A stretch of 64,000 bases of DNA. Origin: Laetmonice hystrix (taxonomy: Eukaryota). The first letter of the stretch is position 1. The number at the start of each line of letters is the position of its first letter. The stretch spans positions 35,776,001-35,840,000 of the forward strand of contig OZ249440.1 in NCBI GenBank assembly GCA_965235115.1, read 5' to 3'. The notes under the pieces were generated by a model, which worked only from the letters and a program-made list of their open reading frames with translations, made no database searches and had not been told where the DNA came from. Made by a program: the position numbers and the translations under genes. This document shows positions 52,906 to 64,000 of the stretch, one piece after another.

Positions 52906-53309
52906 GTGCCCTTGCCCCCTCGTAAAGTTTACTCTGTTCAACTATTGAGGTAGCAGATCAGGGATGAGTGATGGTGAAAAAAAAAACCAGAAAACTGTCC
53001 ATTAATGCCTCATGATCCCCCAATAAGAGGAGAAAACACTGTATTGTAGAACAGAAACCACAGAAATCTGCTGATTGGCAAAAAAAATCTCATTCCTGGT
53101 AGATATAATAAGGAATATCTTTATCATTTCAGGTATTGCAAGTAAAATAACCAAGGTAACCCAGGCCATGGAGAAGTGACTGGTGTGGCAGACGTGGATG
53201 GATGTGTGACCTGGCATGAGATTATCGGAGGACCCTATTGCTATATATTATTATGTATTATTTTTCTTTTAAAGTGTCAATTTCACAGTGTCAAAGTGAG
53301 AAAAAATGA

Positions 53310-54320
53310 AAATGGCTGTCTCATAATGTTAAATGACATGTAATATAGAATTTGTGTAAGATTTGTAATCTAGGGATAGGAGTTGACCAAAATTTAAGAA
53401 GTAATTGAGGATTTTAATCAACAATTTTGGCCGACGTGGATCTTAGCAAAATCTTTCCAACTGCCTCATTATATATTCAAAATGGCCACCAAAATAGTTG
53501 GCATTTCTGCAAATTGGCATCCAGTATACAGCAAAAAATCTTATAGTAATACTAATATTATAAATGGCATGTAATATAGAATTTGTGTAAGATTTGTAAT
53601 CTAGTTTTAAAAGCTGACCAACAATTGGGAAGTAATTGAGGATTTTAATGAAAAATGTTGGTCAAAAATGATTGTGTCTTGACAAAATCTGTCTGATTGC
53701 CTCATTATATATTCAAAATGGCATCCAGTATACAGCAAATGATGAAATGGCTGTCTAATAATATAGATTGCATGTATTATAGAATTTGTGTAAGATTTGT
53801 AAGATCTACAGTTAAAAGTTGACCAAGAATTAGGAAGTACTTGAGGATTTTACCGAACAATTTTGGTCGACATGTGTCTTGGCAAAATCTGTCTGATTGC
53901 CTCATTATATATTCAAAATGGCATCCAGTATACAGCAAATGATAAAATGGCTGTCTAATAATATAGATTGCATGTATTATAGAATTTTTGTAAGATTTGT
54001 AAGATCTACAGTTAAAAGTTGACCAAGAATTAGGAAGTACTTGAGGATTTTAACGAACAATTTTGGTCGACATGTGTCTTAGCAAAATCTTTCCGATTGC
54101 CTCATTATATATTCAAAATGGCGGCCATTATACAGCAGCGAATGACAATGGCTGCCTAATAATCATAATGTAAACATGCAATTAAGAATTTATGTAAAAT
54201 TTGTAATCTACATGTAAAAGTTGACCAAGCATTTAGAAGTACAACATATTACAAAATTTTGGTCGAAACGGGTCTTTACGATTACCTCATTATATATTCA
54301 AAATGGCCGCCAAAATGCAA
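53310..54320. repeat. About five tandem 180-230 bp subterminal repeats
   Basis: AGAATTTGTGTAAGATTTGTAA and CCTCATTATATATTCAAAATGGC recur about five times. Confidence 0.9.
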
Positions 54321-55723
54321 AAATAATGGCTGTTTAAGCGAAGTGCTTAACAAATTTGAAATCTGCATAAAGAAATACCCAATACTGGAGAAGATTATCG
54401 ATTTTCATGGATTATTGTATGAATTATCAACAATAATGGACAAATCAATAAAGAAAAACGTATAATACAGTCAATTTAGGGGGTCTATTGTCTCTATTGC
54501 TTCAGCTTCAGCAAAATGCTATGTGTCGCAGAACATAAATGGCCATAACTTCTGAACTAATCAATGTATCTTTAAAATTTAAACAGATTTATAACCTAGG
54601 AAGTGAGTGTTATTCATTATTGAAGAGAGTTTATGGAGGTTTACAACTTCAAATTTTGATGTGGTAATGCTAGTTACATACATCAAAAGAGAAAAGTCAA
54701 GTTACATACGTTACCTTACCAGGTAAAATCTTCAGTGTACATGCAATACAGCTGGTTGGATGTACATTTTACAGAACGTTATAGACTGATATAGATAAAC
54801 TATATAGTCCATTCATCCAATTTCTATTCTTCACACAATGTGCAGCCCAACCCTGCATGTAACTTGACCACAAGTCAATGTTACATACACCAGTGAATAA
54901 CAGTGATGATAAAAGAGCAGTATTAGAATGCCTTGTAGTGAAGGATGTTACCAATTTTGGCATAAGAAGGCAATGTATGACATAATTTGCTTGACAATAA
55001 TAAACAGCACTGTATTTCAACAATTTTAACTTTTTTAAAAAGAAATGTCAATGTTACATACAACCTTCAGGCAGATAACTATAAAATGAGGAAGTGTTGC
55101 AAGACTTTATTTATGTTAAAAATTATTCTGGCCCACAAACTTCAATTACATGTTCACGTGGTCATGGTAAACCACTCCATGGTCGGAGTTAGGAGTGCCC
55201 AAGGGGCAGGGCTCCTCCTCCAGGCTCCTGCAACCCCCACCCCACCAACATGTAGGTCACCCTAGGCCTAGCCCCTGCCATGGCTGCCATGACCATGACA
55301 TCTGGCCACCTGTCCCATCCCACCTAGCTGTCCAAACTCGTGCCCTGGCCGGTCCAAACTCGTGCCCTGGCCGGCCTACCTGCCCTGCCAGCCGGGCCAG
55401 GCAGGAACTCGGAGGCAGCAGCCCGCCGCTCGCACTAGTAGTAGTACAGTGAAGCAGCAATGGCATTGGTACACACGGTAACACTCAACAACAGTCAAAG
55501 ATATTCATGCATCTACGTCTGTGACTTGCAAGACATGAATATAATTATCATTATGAAAGTCTTCATCCCATTAGACATTAAATTCCAACAGCCTGCACAC
55601 AATGGGTACGAAGTGGCATGGGTACGACCTGGTTTATGTACGGCCTGTCCCGACTCCCGAACTGGTAACAGGTGAGACCGCGACACCGGCATCCCTACGG
55701 TGGGTGAGGTGGGGGTGTATATT

Positions 55724-56317
55724 TGGTATTACTGATTTAGTATTTTTCCACCAATTTAGTATTTCTACTTTGCAACTTAGGGATCCTATATTTTGTATTA
55801 GATTGTGATGAAACGATTGGTTTGTAAACTAGGGGAGTGATAACTAGCTAGGTAAACGTAAATACATTATCCTTAAGGGAAAGAAAAGAGAAGATTGATT
55901 TATGATTACAAAGAACATCCGTAGTATTTATTATAAAAGATATAAATGATGATGATGGCCGACGGCCGAACCACGTGGCCAGGCCACTACACAAGTTGGG
56001 GTTTTGCCAGATGGCACATCCGGCACCCCGTCCACACTAGACACAGACATAATACAGATTACAAAAGAGAGTAGGTAAGAAAGATCAGTTGGCACCGGCA
56101 CAACAAAAACCTTTTGGGTCACTCACCGATGGTCAAGGTACACGTGTGTGGTAAAGTTCAGAACACTCCTGGTTAAAATCCGTGTTCACATAACATAGTA
56201 GTTCACATCCTGAGTATATAGTTGTGGTTGAGACACACGTGAGATTTGAATAGTCCACTGTTCACATCACAATGTCCGAATGATAATTGAAACTGAGTTG
56301 TCCACATGGTGACTGAG

Positions 56318-56348
<31 letters not shown>

Positions 56349-56895
56349 CTGAGGTGTGGGGTTTATATACCCCGGGTGCTGCACCCACGCCCTGGAGGGG
56401 TTTTGATTGGATGCCAACTAATGACCACTAATTAATCACCTACTCCTTCATGTTGGATAAAACAATAGTATCCACTACCATAATGATATAAATTTATAAG
56501 TATGTATTTTACAGATAAAAGGTAAACCGTTATTTTATATATATTCTTTTAAACCACACCGGACATTCATTAACTCCTGACCACAACCTGGAATGCAGGG
56601 TGGCCGCCATGTTGTCTTCCTCCTGACTCACTATAACCATTTGTGTATTGCATAAACCTTATTGAAACGATCCGTATGACTAAATAAATGAGAGGCTCAA
56701 AATATATTATTTCCACTATGTGGGGTTACAAAAGAAATATCTAAAGAAAGTTAAAGTACATTAATATATATCCGACTTAATTAATCCGGTTGAGGTGACC
56801 TAGATATGTGAGTCACCAGTGGTCAGTGGCCATATAGGTCAAGCTGGTAGTCACAGTGATGCTGGGGTGGAAGTGGGGTTATTATTAGCCTACCA
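55724..56895 (-). repeat. 3' LTR of the Gypsy element (inner boundary inferred)
   Basis: Matches 63615-64000; TGGTA...TACCA inverted termini; weak PPT-like AATGGGGA upstream on minus. Confidence 0.7.
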
Positions 56896-58235
56896 AAGAT
56901 CCCCATTGTTTGAAAAAGTTTGCTCCGATCAAACGTTTATAAAGGTTGCACAATGTAAAAAAACGCCTTGACCTCTCTCATAAAATGTTCATATACTACT
57001 TACAAGTTACATAACACGCTACACTAAACATCATCAAATACAACATGATCAATCACTAAAATTCTGTCTTTACGATTCCTTGGAATTCTTCTCAATTGGA
57101 TGACTCACTATGGCTGACTGTTTATGGATTGTAGCTCGCAAATGTTCATGAGTCCACATAGATTTGAGCTTTTGCACAATTACACTGTGCGAAATCCGCA
57201 GATGTCCTTCATACAAAGTATGTATCTCGCCAGCCGATTCAATTCAATTGCTTGTCTTACGAGTCAGGCGGAATCAAGACAGGTTCATTAAAGTTCACAC
57301 AAACATAAATGATAATATCAACGTGCATGCAATCGACATAGCACTAGAGTTGCTGCTGCTGACATATAACTGATGTCAGGAAATAAACAGCACAAACTGA
57401 AATAAATGTCTGATGCGTTGTTCAGGTCTTCAGCTGCGCATGTTGTCAAAGTTCAATGCATGTTCAAACTATAACAAGCAGATGAGTGCCAACAGGTATG
57501 GACTAACGGAAACTGTATGCTTTCAAACACCTTAAATACCAATCACTGGGCCGATACCAATAACAGCATGAGTAAGGTAAATAACTGTACCTATTAATCT
57601 GGGTAATCCTTTTTTTTTTCAAGTAAACATGGATTTAGGTGAGAACTTGTGAAATAACTTGTGAAGACATGTTGAACCATTAGTGTAACTTGTATGTTTT
57701 ACCTTGTAACCTTTAGGTGACTGAGTCGTACTTGAAATTAATGATTTATCTACTCATAGCTTCTGAATGAGCTCTGTTGAGAACACATTTATGCTGACGC
57801 TAGATCGTGGCTGCCTATGCAAGGAGACCTCGCACTAAGTCATACCAGCAGGGTGGCTACTGCAAACAGCGAGTTAGAACCCATAACAAGCCATACAATG
57901 TAGTGAACCTAAACTGACATGAATAGTTGGTGACAAAAAAATATTGATGTAGTATGAAGATTTCTAAGCAGTGGCCTTGGATTAGACCAGCTAATCCCTG
58001 CTCTTTACCAATAAATGACCTCTATGATTATGACATCAATTCTTCAGCTTGCCCCCTACATAAAAATGCCCTGAAACTTTGTTAACTCCTGTGCCCTCTG
58101 ACTTAATATTGGAACCAACATGGATCAGTATCGTCATGCATGTTAAATGTGTGATAATTTGCCAGTCAACACGACTGGTCTTTTAGTGGTTGTCTTGTCT
58201 TCTTTGTGGTTACTGGTATTAGAATGGCAACTCTA

Positions 58236-61200
58236 TTACTTTCTGGTGAAATACGACCGTGTTTTCTTTCGTTTCTTGGTAGTTCCTCGCATGGTTCTGG
58301 TTTTGTGAAAGAGATCCAGGATATGGACGGGAATCTCTTCTCTCCACACCCAAGGCCTGTGCTTTTGATCCTTGATGATGACTTTGTAATACACTTTCCC
58401 CTTTTGGTTGACTGCTCTCTCTATTCCCGTGATAACTCTGGATGGTTGAGTAGTGGTGTGTTGTTTGTTATCCTGCGAGAGTTGAGGGAGAGTTTGTAGA
58501 TCCTGTGACATTGGTGGATCATCTGGGGGTGGTGGAAAGTTGTCTGGTAGGTTTTCACTAGTTGAAAATGACGCCTCATCTCCAACTGATCCAGAGTCAC
58601 GATGTCCTGTGTCAGGTTGAGTGTCTTCTGGTTCTTCAACATTTAAGGTAGGATCTTCTCCATCGGACGTTGATTTATTTGGTTCTTCCACTGTTGGATC
58701 TTCTCCCAAGTGTTGTTTTCGCTCAGTGAAGATGGAGAGTCTGTTCGCATGGATCAGGTGAGGTAATACCTTGCTTGTGTTGTCTTCCAGTCTGTAAGTG
58801 TTGTTTGGACCCTTGTCAACAATGGTGTATGGGCCCTTGAATGGCGGGAACAGTTTAGGAACGAGTCCCACAGGTACAGCTGGATTGGTCATCAGTACTT
58901 TGTCCCCAATTTTTAATGTCTTGTCTTTTGCCTTTCTGTCATGGATTTCCTTGTATTTTGCCTGGTTTCTCTCAACGTTGCTCTTGGCTACCTGTTGAAA
59001 CACTTTGAGGTTTTGGACGAGACCGTTCAGGTGATCCTGGTAGTTTTCAGGTAGAGACTTCTTTGGGAGTAGGTCTACATCAGTTGGTGTGGTCATGGTA
59101 CGCCCAAACACTAACTGATAAGGTGAAAGTTCTGTTGACCGTGTAGCAGGAGTGGAACGATATGCCATTAGAATACCTGGCAGCTTGTTGGGCCAGTCTT
59201 CTTGGTCCTCCTTACAGAATGCCTTGACACTTTGTATTATGTAACTGTTCATGCGCTCACACGCCGCATTGGTCTGTGGGTGGTACGGTGACGTGAATTT
59301 TTGTTTTGTACCCCCAAGTTCACAGACAGCACGTACAAGCTTGGAGGTGAACTGGCGTCCAAGGTCAGACACAATCTCTTTGGGGGTCCCATATCTGGTG
59401 AAGATTTCTTGATACAGTATTTGAGCAACAGTTTTGGCATCTTGGGACTTCGTGGGGATAGCCTCACACCAACGTGAGAAGCTATCTACTAACAGCAGAA
59501 TGTACTTGAAGCCCTCTGGTGTTGTCTTCATGCATAAGAAATCCATATGCCACCTCTCGAATACAGGCACTATTGGCATTGGGGTCAGTGGAGCAGGATT
59601 CTTCATCTTGTGTTTTGACTTCTGACACGTTTCACAGCTTTTGACATAGTCACAAATTGTTTTATACATTCCTGGCCAATAGGCCCGAAGTGAGATTGCA
59701 GCAAACGTTCTGTCGATTCCCTGGTGTCCACCACCCAGTAAACTGTCATGGTGATTCACGATGATCGCCTGGCGTTGGCTCCTGGGTATGACGAGTTGTT
59801 TAATTAGCAATTCTGGTTTTCTTCTGTTTCCTGGATAGGATAGATGGTAGAGTAAACCGTCTTCATCAATAACAAACTGGTCTTGAGTTCTACATAGGAG
59901 GTTGGCAAGTCTTCTGTTTCTGGGTAACCTATCATCTTGATGAAATGAGTAGAATGGTTGTACCTCTGGGCACTGTTTCTGCATTTCAGCCATATCCACT
60001 GGATCGACTGAGCACAAATCAATAGATGGGTGGTCTTGGTCTTGATCGCTGTCAACATCTTTCTGCACCTCTGGGAAAGGAATCCTGGATAGCGAGTCAG
60101 CATTTAAATTAGTCTTTCCAGATTTGTATTCTGTTGTGAAGCTGTAGTTTTGTAGAAATAATGCCCATCTTCCTAGACGACCCCCATCTGGGCGAAAGCT
60201 TTCGGCATACTTCAACGGTTTGTGGTCTGTATAAACCGTAAAATGTCTGTCTGCTAGGTAGGGGTGGTAGTGCTGAATTCCTTCCTTGATGGCCAGGTAT
60301 TCCAACTCTGAAGTTGAGTACCTGGTCTCTGGTCCACGGAGAGCACGACCTCCATACGCTATGGCATGTTCGCGGCCAGTCTCGTCTTTTTGACTTAGGA
60401 TGTAGCCGATTCCTGTGGTTGACGCATCCGTTGTTAAGAAGAAGGGAATGTTCATATCTGGGTATTTTAAGATAGGTTCCTCCACTAACTGCTTCCTGAG
60501 ATAGTCAAAAGCCTCTTGACATTGGGTAGACCATACAAACGGAACATCTTTGTGTAGTAAGGTGAACAGTGGAGATGCTATTTTACTGTAGTTTTTGATG
60601 AACCGTTTATAATAGTTCGTGAGACCGATGAAAGAACGCACCTGTTTTTCATTCTTTGGCGTCGGGAAACTATCAATGATGGCAGTTTTCTCTGGGTTGG
60701 GACGTACTCCGTCTTGAGATAGGATGTGGCCAAGGTATTTCACTTCGGCAGCGGCAAAGTTGCACTTGGAAGGTTTTAACTTCAACCCAGCTTTGAGAAT
60801 GCAGTCAAATATATCTCTTAAATTTTGAAGATGTTCCGTCATGTTCCTTGAGTAGACAATTATGTCATCGACATAAACTATGCAACATTTGAAGAGGTGT
60901 TTTCGAAGGACTTGGTGCATTGCTCGTGAAAAAGTTACTGGACTGTTTCTTAACCCGTACGGTAGCACTTTCCATTGAAACTGCCCATTTTGTGTGACAA
61001 ACGCTGTTTTATACACTGACTCCGGGTCCATCCTTAACTGATTAAAACCTTGAAAAAGATCGAGAGTGCTGAATATTGTGGCTTTCTTGTCTCCGATGGC
61101 GTCCCATACGTCCTCAAGGCGGGGTAGTGGAAAGGACTGAGGGCGAGTGACCATATTCAACTTGCGGTAGTCGCAGCATAGACGCCACGAATTGTCTGTC

Positions 61201-62309
61201 TTTTTCACTAACACCACAGGGGAACGCCATTCTGATGTAGATGGTTCTATCAGACCTAGTGCTAGATTTTCCTCAATTTGACGGTCTATTTCTGCACGCT
61301 TTTCAGGTGTAGTTCTATAAAACCTTTGGGCAACTGGTTGGGATTCATGAGTCTCGATCTTGTGAGTGACAATAGATGACTGACCTAGTTCAGACTTGCT
61401 TGTTGCGAAAACCTCTCTGCGATCCTTTAAGAATTTTAACAATGAGGATTTATCAGTCTGTGAAATACCTGGATTGTCAATATTAAAAGACACGTCATTT
61501 CCCAACTCTGTAACATTCACACTCTCTGTTTCCACCTGAGACACATGAGCAATATCGGATTCTGTCACTCTGTGAGCATAAGCTAATGTGAAATGACATG
61601 GTAATGTGATGACATCAGATGTATTGTTGACAATACGACACACTGTCTTTGAACCAGAAACATACACTAAAGTTGGTGTCACTGTAACATTATGTACCTC
61701 ACTCTGATTTGTAGGGTTTAACAAGAGTACTGTGTTGCAATATTCTTTGGAACATTTGACAGGTACTGTGATCTCTGACTTAGCCGGTATTTGAACTTTC
61801 TCTACTGTTCTAGCCAAGCATGACCTGACAGCTGGGTGACTTAATGATATATTTGCTCCCTGAATCTTCAGTTGGTTTGTACCAAAGTCTACAATTGCAG
61901 AGTTTGCTTGAAGAAAATCCACCCCTAGGATGACACTGTGGTGACCATCTATAACATGAAACGTCTGTTTTAGTTTGATGGAATTTACCCAGAACTCAAC
62001 TGTGAGTTTTTCCATGACTTGGTGAATTTCCCCACCAACACCCTTGACGATGTTAAAATCTGGGCGTTCAGGACAAGGACAGAGTGGTTTGATTTTATGT
62101 GCTAATTCCTTTGACATGACACTTATATTTGCTCCTGAATCCACAAGTGCCCACACGTGAAACTGTCCTATACGAACTTGTAATTGATTTTGATGAACCC
62201 TTATATCTGCTACTGACACTTCTGGAGCATCCCTGTTACTCACACTAGTTGGTGACAACTCATTAATACGACTTTGCCTGGCCAGATCTCTCTGAGCAGG
62301 CGCGAATCC
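58236..62309 (-). CDS. pol: Gypsy Pol polyprotein (protease, RT, RNase H, integrase, possible chromo-like tail)
   Basis: LVDSGA, YVDD, TTDAS, HHCC, HMDF, SDLG, ERMN, GPY motifs; frame stays open up to the gag stop. Confidence 0.97.
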   Translation of the reverse strand, partial: GFAPAQRDLARQSRINELSPTSVSNRDAPEVSVADIRVHQNQLQVRIGQFHVWALVDSGANISVMSKELAHKIKPLCPCPERPDFNIVKGVGGEIHQVMEKLTVEFWVNSIKLKQTFHVIDGHHSVILGVDFLQANSAIVDFGTNQLKIQGANISLSHPAVRSCLARTVEKVQIPAKSEITVPVKCSKEYCNTVLLLNPTNQSEVHNVTVTPTLVYVSGSKTVCRIVNNTSDVITLPCHFTLAYAHRVTESDIAHVSQVETESVNVTELGNDVSFNIDNPGISQTDKSSLLKFLKDRREVFATSKSELGQSSIVTHKIETHESQPVAQRFYRTTPEKRAEIDRQIEENLALGLIEPSTSEWRSPVVLVKKTDNSWRLCCDYRKLNMVTRPQSFPLPRLEDVWDAIGDKKATIFSTLDLFQGFNQLRMDPESVYKTAFVTQNGQFQWKVLPYGLRNSPVTFSRAMHQVLRKHLFKCCIVYVDDIIVYSRNMTEHLQNLRDIFDCILKAGLKLKPSKCNFAAAEVKYLGHILSQDGVRPNPEKTAIIDSFPTPKNEKQVRSFIGLTNYYKRFIKNYSKIASPLFTLLHKDVPFVWSTQCQEAFDYLRKQLVEEPILKYPDMNIPFFLTTDASTTGIGYILSQKDETGREHAIAYGGRALRGPETRYSTSELEYLAIKEGIQHYHPYLADRHFTVYTDHKPLKYAESFRPDGGRLGRWALFLQNYSFTTEYKSGKTNLNADSLSRIPFPEVQKDVDSDQDQDHPSIDLCSVDPVDMAEMQKQCPEVQPFYSFHQDDRLPRNRRLANLLCRTQDQFVIDEDGLLYHLSYPGNRRKPELLIKQLVIPRSQRQAIIVNHHDSLLGGGHQGIDRTFAAISLRAYWPGMYKTICDYVKSCETCQKSKHKMKNPAPLTPMPIVPVFERWHMDFLCMKTTPEGFKYILLLVDSFSRWCEAIPTKSQDAKTVAQILYQEIFTRYGTPKEIVSDLGRQFTSKLVRAVCELGGTKQKFTSPYHPQTNAACERMNSYIIQSVKAFCKEDQEDWPNKLPGILMAYRSTPATRSTELSPYQLVFGRTMTTPTDVDLLPKKSLPENYQDHLNGLVQNLKVFQQVAKSNVERNQAKYKEIHDRKAKDKTLKIGDKVLMTNPAVPVGLVPKLFPPFKGPYTIVDKGPNNTYRLEDNTSKVLPHLIHANRLSIFTERKQHLGEDPTVEEPNKSTSDGEDPTLNVEEPEDTQPDTGHRDSGSVGDEASFSTSENLPDNFPPPPDDPPMSQDLQTLPQLSQDNKQHTTTQPSRVITGIERAVNQKGKVYYKVIIKDQKHRPWVWREEIPVHILDLFHKTRTMRGTTKKRKKTRSYFTRK

Positions 62310-63470
62310 CTAGAATTGGGTATTGTGGAACCTATTACCACTACGATTGGCATGCCCAGTAACCTGCTGTTGTGACTGATCTGACAGCCTTTTCTTACAC
62401 ACCTTGGCCCAGTGATTTACCTTGTGACAATACGAGCATACAGAACCATAAGCCCTACAGTTAACCCTGTTCTGGCACTCACCTCCACAACCTCCGCATG
62501 ATTGATGTTGGCGCAAAGGTTGTTGGTAGTTGTGTTGGCGCTGCCCACGATGATGCTGTTGTCCCATATGGTAACTCTGTCGAGCACGGTACTGCTGTGG
62601 GTTACCATAACGTGGTTGTTGTTGGTAGTGCTGTGGCGGTGGGTGATAATATGGTTGTTGCCCATGTTGTTGCTGAGGGTGGTTGTTGTCGTGTCCTTCA
62701 AACTGTTGTTCTGGATAAAGCTGACTTGTCTGTCCACGGTTGGTGGCCATCACTTGAGCTTCTAGGCTTGCAATGGTGGAGTTTTGCTTCACCAGCATCT
62801 CCATTAGTTGCTGGTACTGGCTGGCGTCGATACCAGCAGTCGAGCTGGCTTGGACATCACCTTTTCCTACTGGAGTGTCCAGGATTTCAGTCATCGTCTT
62901 TGGTGTCCCCGGTATGAGTGCTCGTACGTTAGGCAGGAGGTTGTTTAACACTATGGGCACCAACTGGTCATCCGTCAAGCCAATTCTGTTTCCTTCCCGT
63001 CTGACCTCTTTAATGAAGGAACGCACATCTTCATTTGACCGCTGGGATCTTGACCGTAGAGCGTTCTCCAATTCCCAGCGTTTTGCGGCTTTGGGGCGGT
63101 ATTCTTCCAGAAATGCGTCAGTCAGATTCTTGTAATTTAATTTGGTGTCTTCTGGGAGATGAACATACCATTCTGACGATACGTCGGCACTGAAATACAT
63201 GGGTAACGTAGCTGCAAGCTTCTCTGGAGCCGTCCATCCTTTACCCTGGGCAATAATTTGGAACTGAACTAGCCAGGCCTTGGCATTCATGCCCTCAGTG
63301 AACGTTTCCAGTCTATCTGGCGTCTCCAGTGCCTTCATTTTTTCCGTTAAAGTGTTAATTGATGCCTCCATGTTGGCTTGGTCCTGACCGATTCTGTGAC
63401 TGATACCTGAACGTAAATTGTGTGCCGGGCCGAGCGTGAGTTGAGAGGTAGAGCGTGTGGATCTGCTCAT
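62310..63470 (-). CDS. gag: Gypsy Gag
   Basis: 386 aa with capsid-like region, Q-rich linker and zinc knuckle CSYCHKVNHWAKVC. Confidence 0.93.
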   Translation of the reverse strand: MSRSTRSTSQLTLGPAHNLRSGISHRIGQDQANMEASINTLTEKMKALETPDRLETFTEGMNAKAWLVQFQIIAQGKGWTAPEKLAATLPMYFSADVSSEWYVHLPEDTKLNYKNLTDAFLEEYRPKAAKRWELENALRSRSQRSNEDVRSFIKEVRREGNRIGLTDDQLVPIVLNNLLPNVRALIPGTPKTMTEILDTPVGKGDVQASSTAGIDASQYQQLMEMLVKQNSTIASLEAQVMATNRGQTSQLYPEQQFEGHDNNHPQQQHGQQPYYHPPPQHYQQQPRYGNPQQYRARQSYHMGQQHHRGQRQHNYQQPLRQHQSCGGCGGECQNRVNCRAYGSVCSYCHKVNHWAKVCKKRLSDQSQQQVTGHANRSGNRFHNTQF

Positions 63471-63594
63471 AGAGCTGAGTGACTGAGAGAATCAGTAGAG
63501 TGAAACCAAATTTGAAATAATATTTTTTGGAAAAAATATTTCTGAACCACGTGGTTGTAATGGCGGATGTGTTATGGTACAAACGAGGATAGAC

Positions 63595-63611
63595 CTCGGG
63601 TTCTCACACCA
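63595..63611 (-). promoter_or_regulatory. Primer-binding site
   Basis: TGGTGTGAGAA three nt after the 5' LTR end; resembles a tRNA-Leu-type PBS. Confidence 0.7.
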
Positions 63612-64000
63612 ATTTGGTATTACTGATTTAGTATTTTTCCACCAATTTAGTATTTCTACTTTGCAACTTAGGGATCCTATATTTTGTATTAGATTGTGAT
63701 GAAACGATTGGTTTGTAAACTAGGGGAGTGATAACTAGCTAGGTAAACGTAAATACATTATCCTTAAGGGAAAGAAAAGAGAAGATTGATTTATGATTAC
63801 AAAGAACATCCGTAGTATTTATTATAAAAGATATAAATGATGATGATGGCCGACGGCCGAACCACGTGGCCAGGCCACTACACAAGTTGGGGTTTTGCCA
63901 GATGGCACATCCGGCACCCCGTCCACACTAGACACAGACATAATACAGATTACAAAAGAGAGTAGGTAAGAAAGATCAGTTGGCACCGGCACAACAAAAA

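Larger units (their letters stand above)
48007..54716 (+). mobile_element. Large DNA transposon, Kolobok-like; right end uncertain
   Basis: Left end TTAA|AGGGGCATGTG; long transposase gene; ~180-230 bp subterminal repeats; only a weak inverted match near 54693-54716. Confidence 0.55.
55724..64000 (-). mobile_element. Ty3/Gypsy LTR retrotransposon, apparently intact; 5' LTR runs off the window
   Basis: 3' LTR ~55724-56895; 5' LTR from 63615 with no difference seen over the visible ~386 bp; gag and PR-RT-RH-INT pol ORFs without internal stops. Confidence 0.97.

Overview
Eukaryotic (invertebrate-like), transposon-dense genomic DNA. One clear host gene: TTC1 on the minus strand, five coding exons at 18383-33263. 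A decayed tandem array of 81-bp LRR exons (NLR/ribonuclease-inhibitor type) lies at 5.7-12.5 kb. The rest is mostly nested mobile elements: two copies of a 2.1-kb non-autonomous LTR element inside a local duplication (offset 7240 bp); remnants of Sola1-like, LINE, Academ-like, Ginger-like and MULE elements; several MITEs; a DIRS retrotransposon split by a hAT element with a 5-bp TSD; a Kolobok-like element with an intact spliced DDE transposase; and a young Ty3/Gypsy element at the right end. Best unexpected signal: the Gypsy gag and pol are in one frame, separated by a single UAG followed by an 8-nt spacer and a GNRA-capped hairpin, an arrangement resembling gammaretroviral stop-codon readthrough. 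All calls are by eye; family assignments rest on remembered motifs, not database searches.
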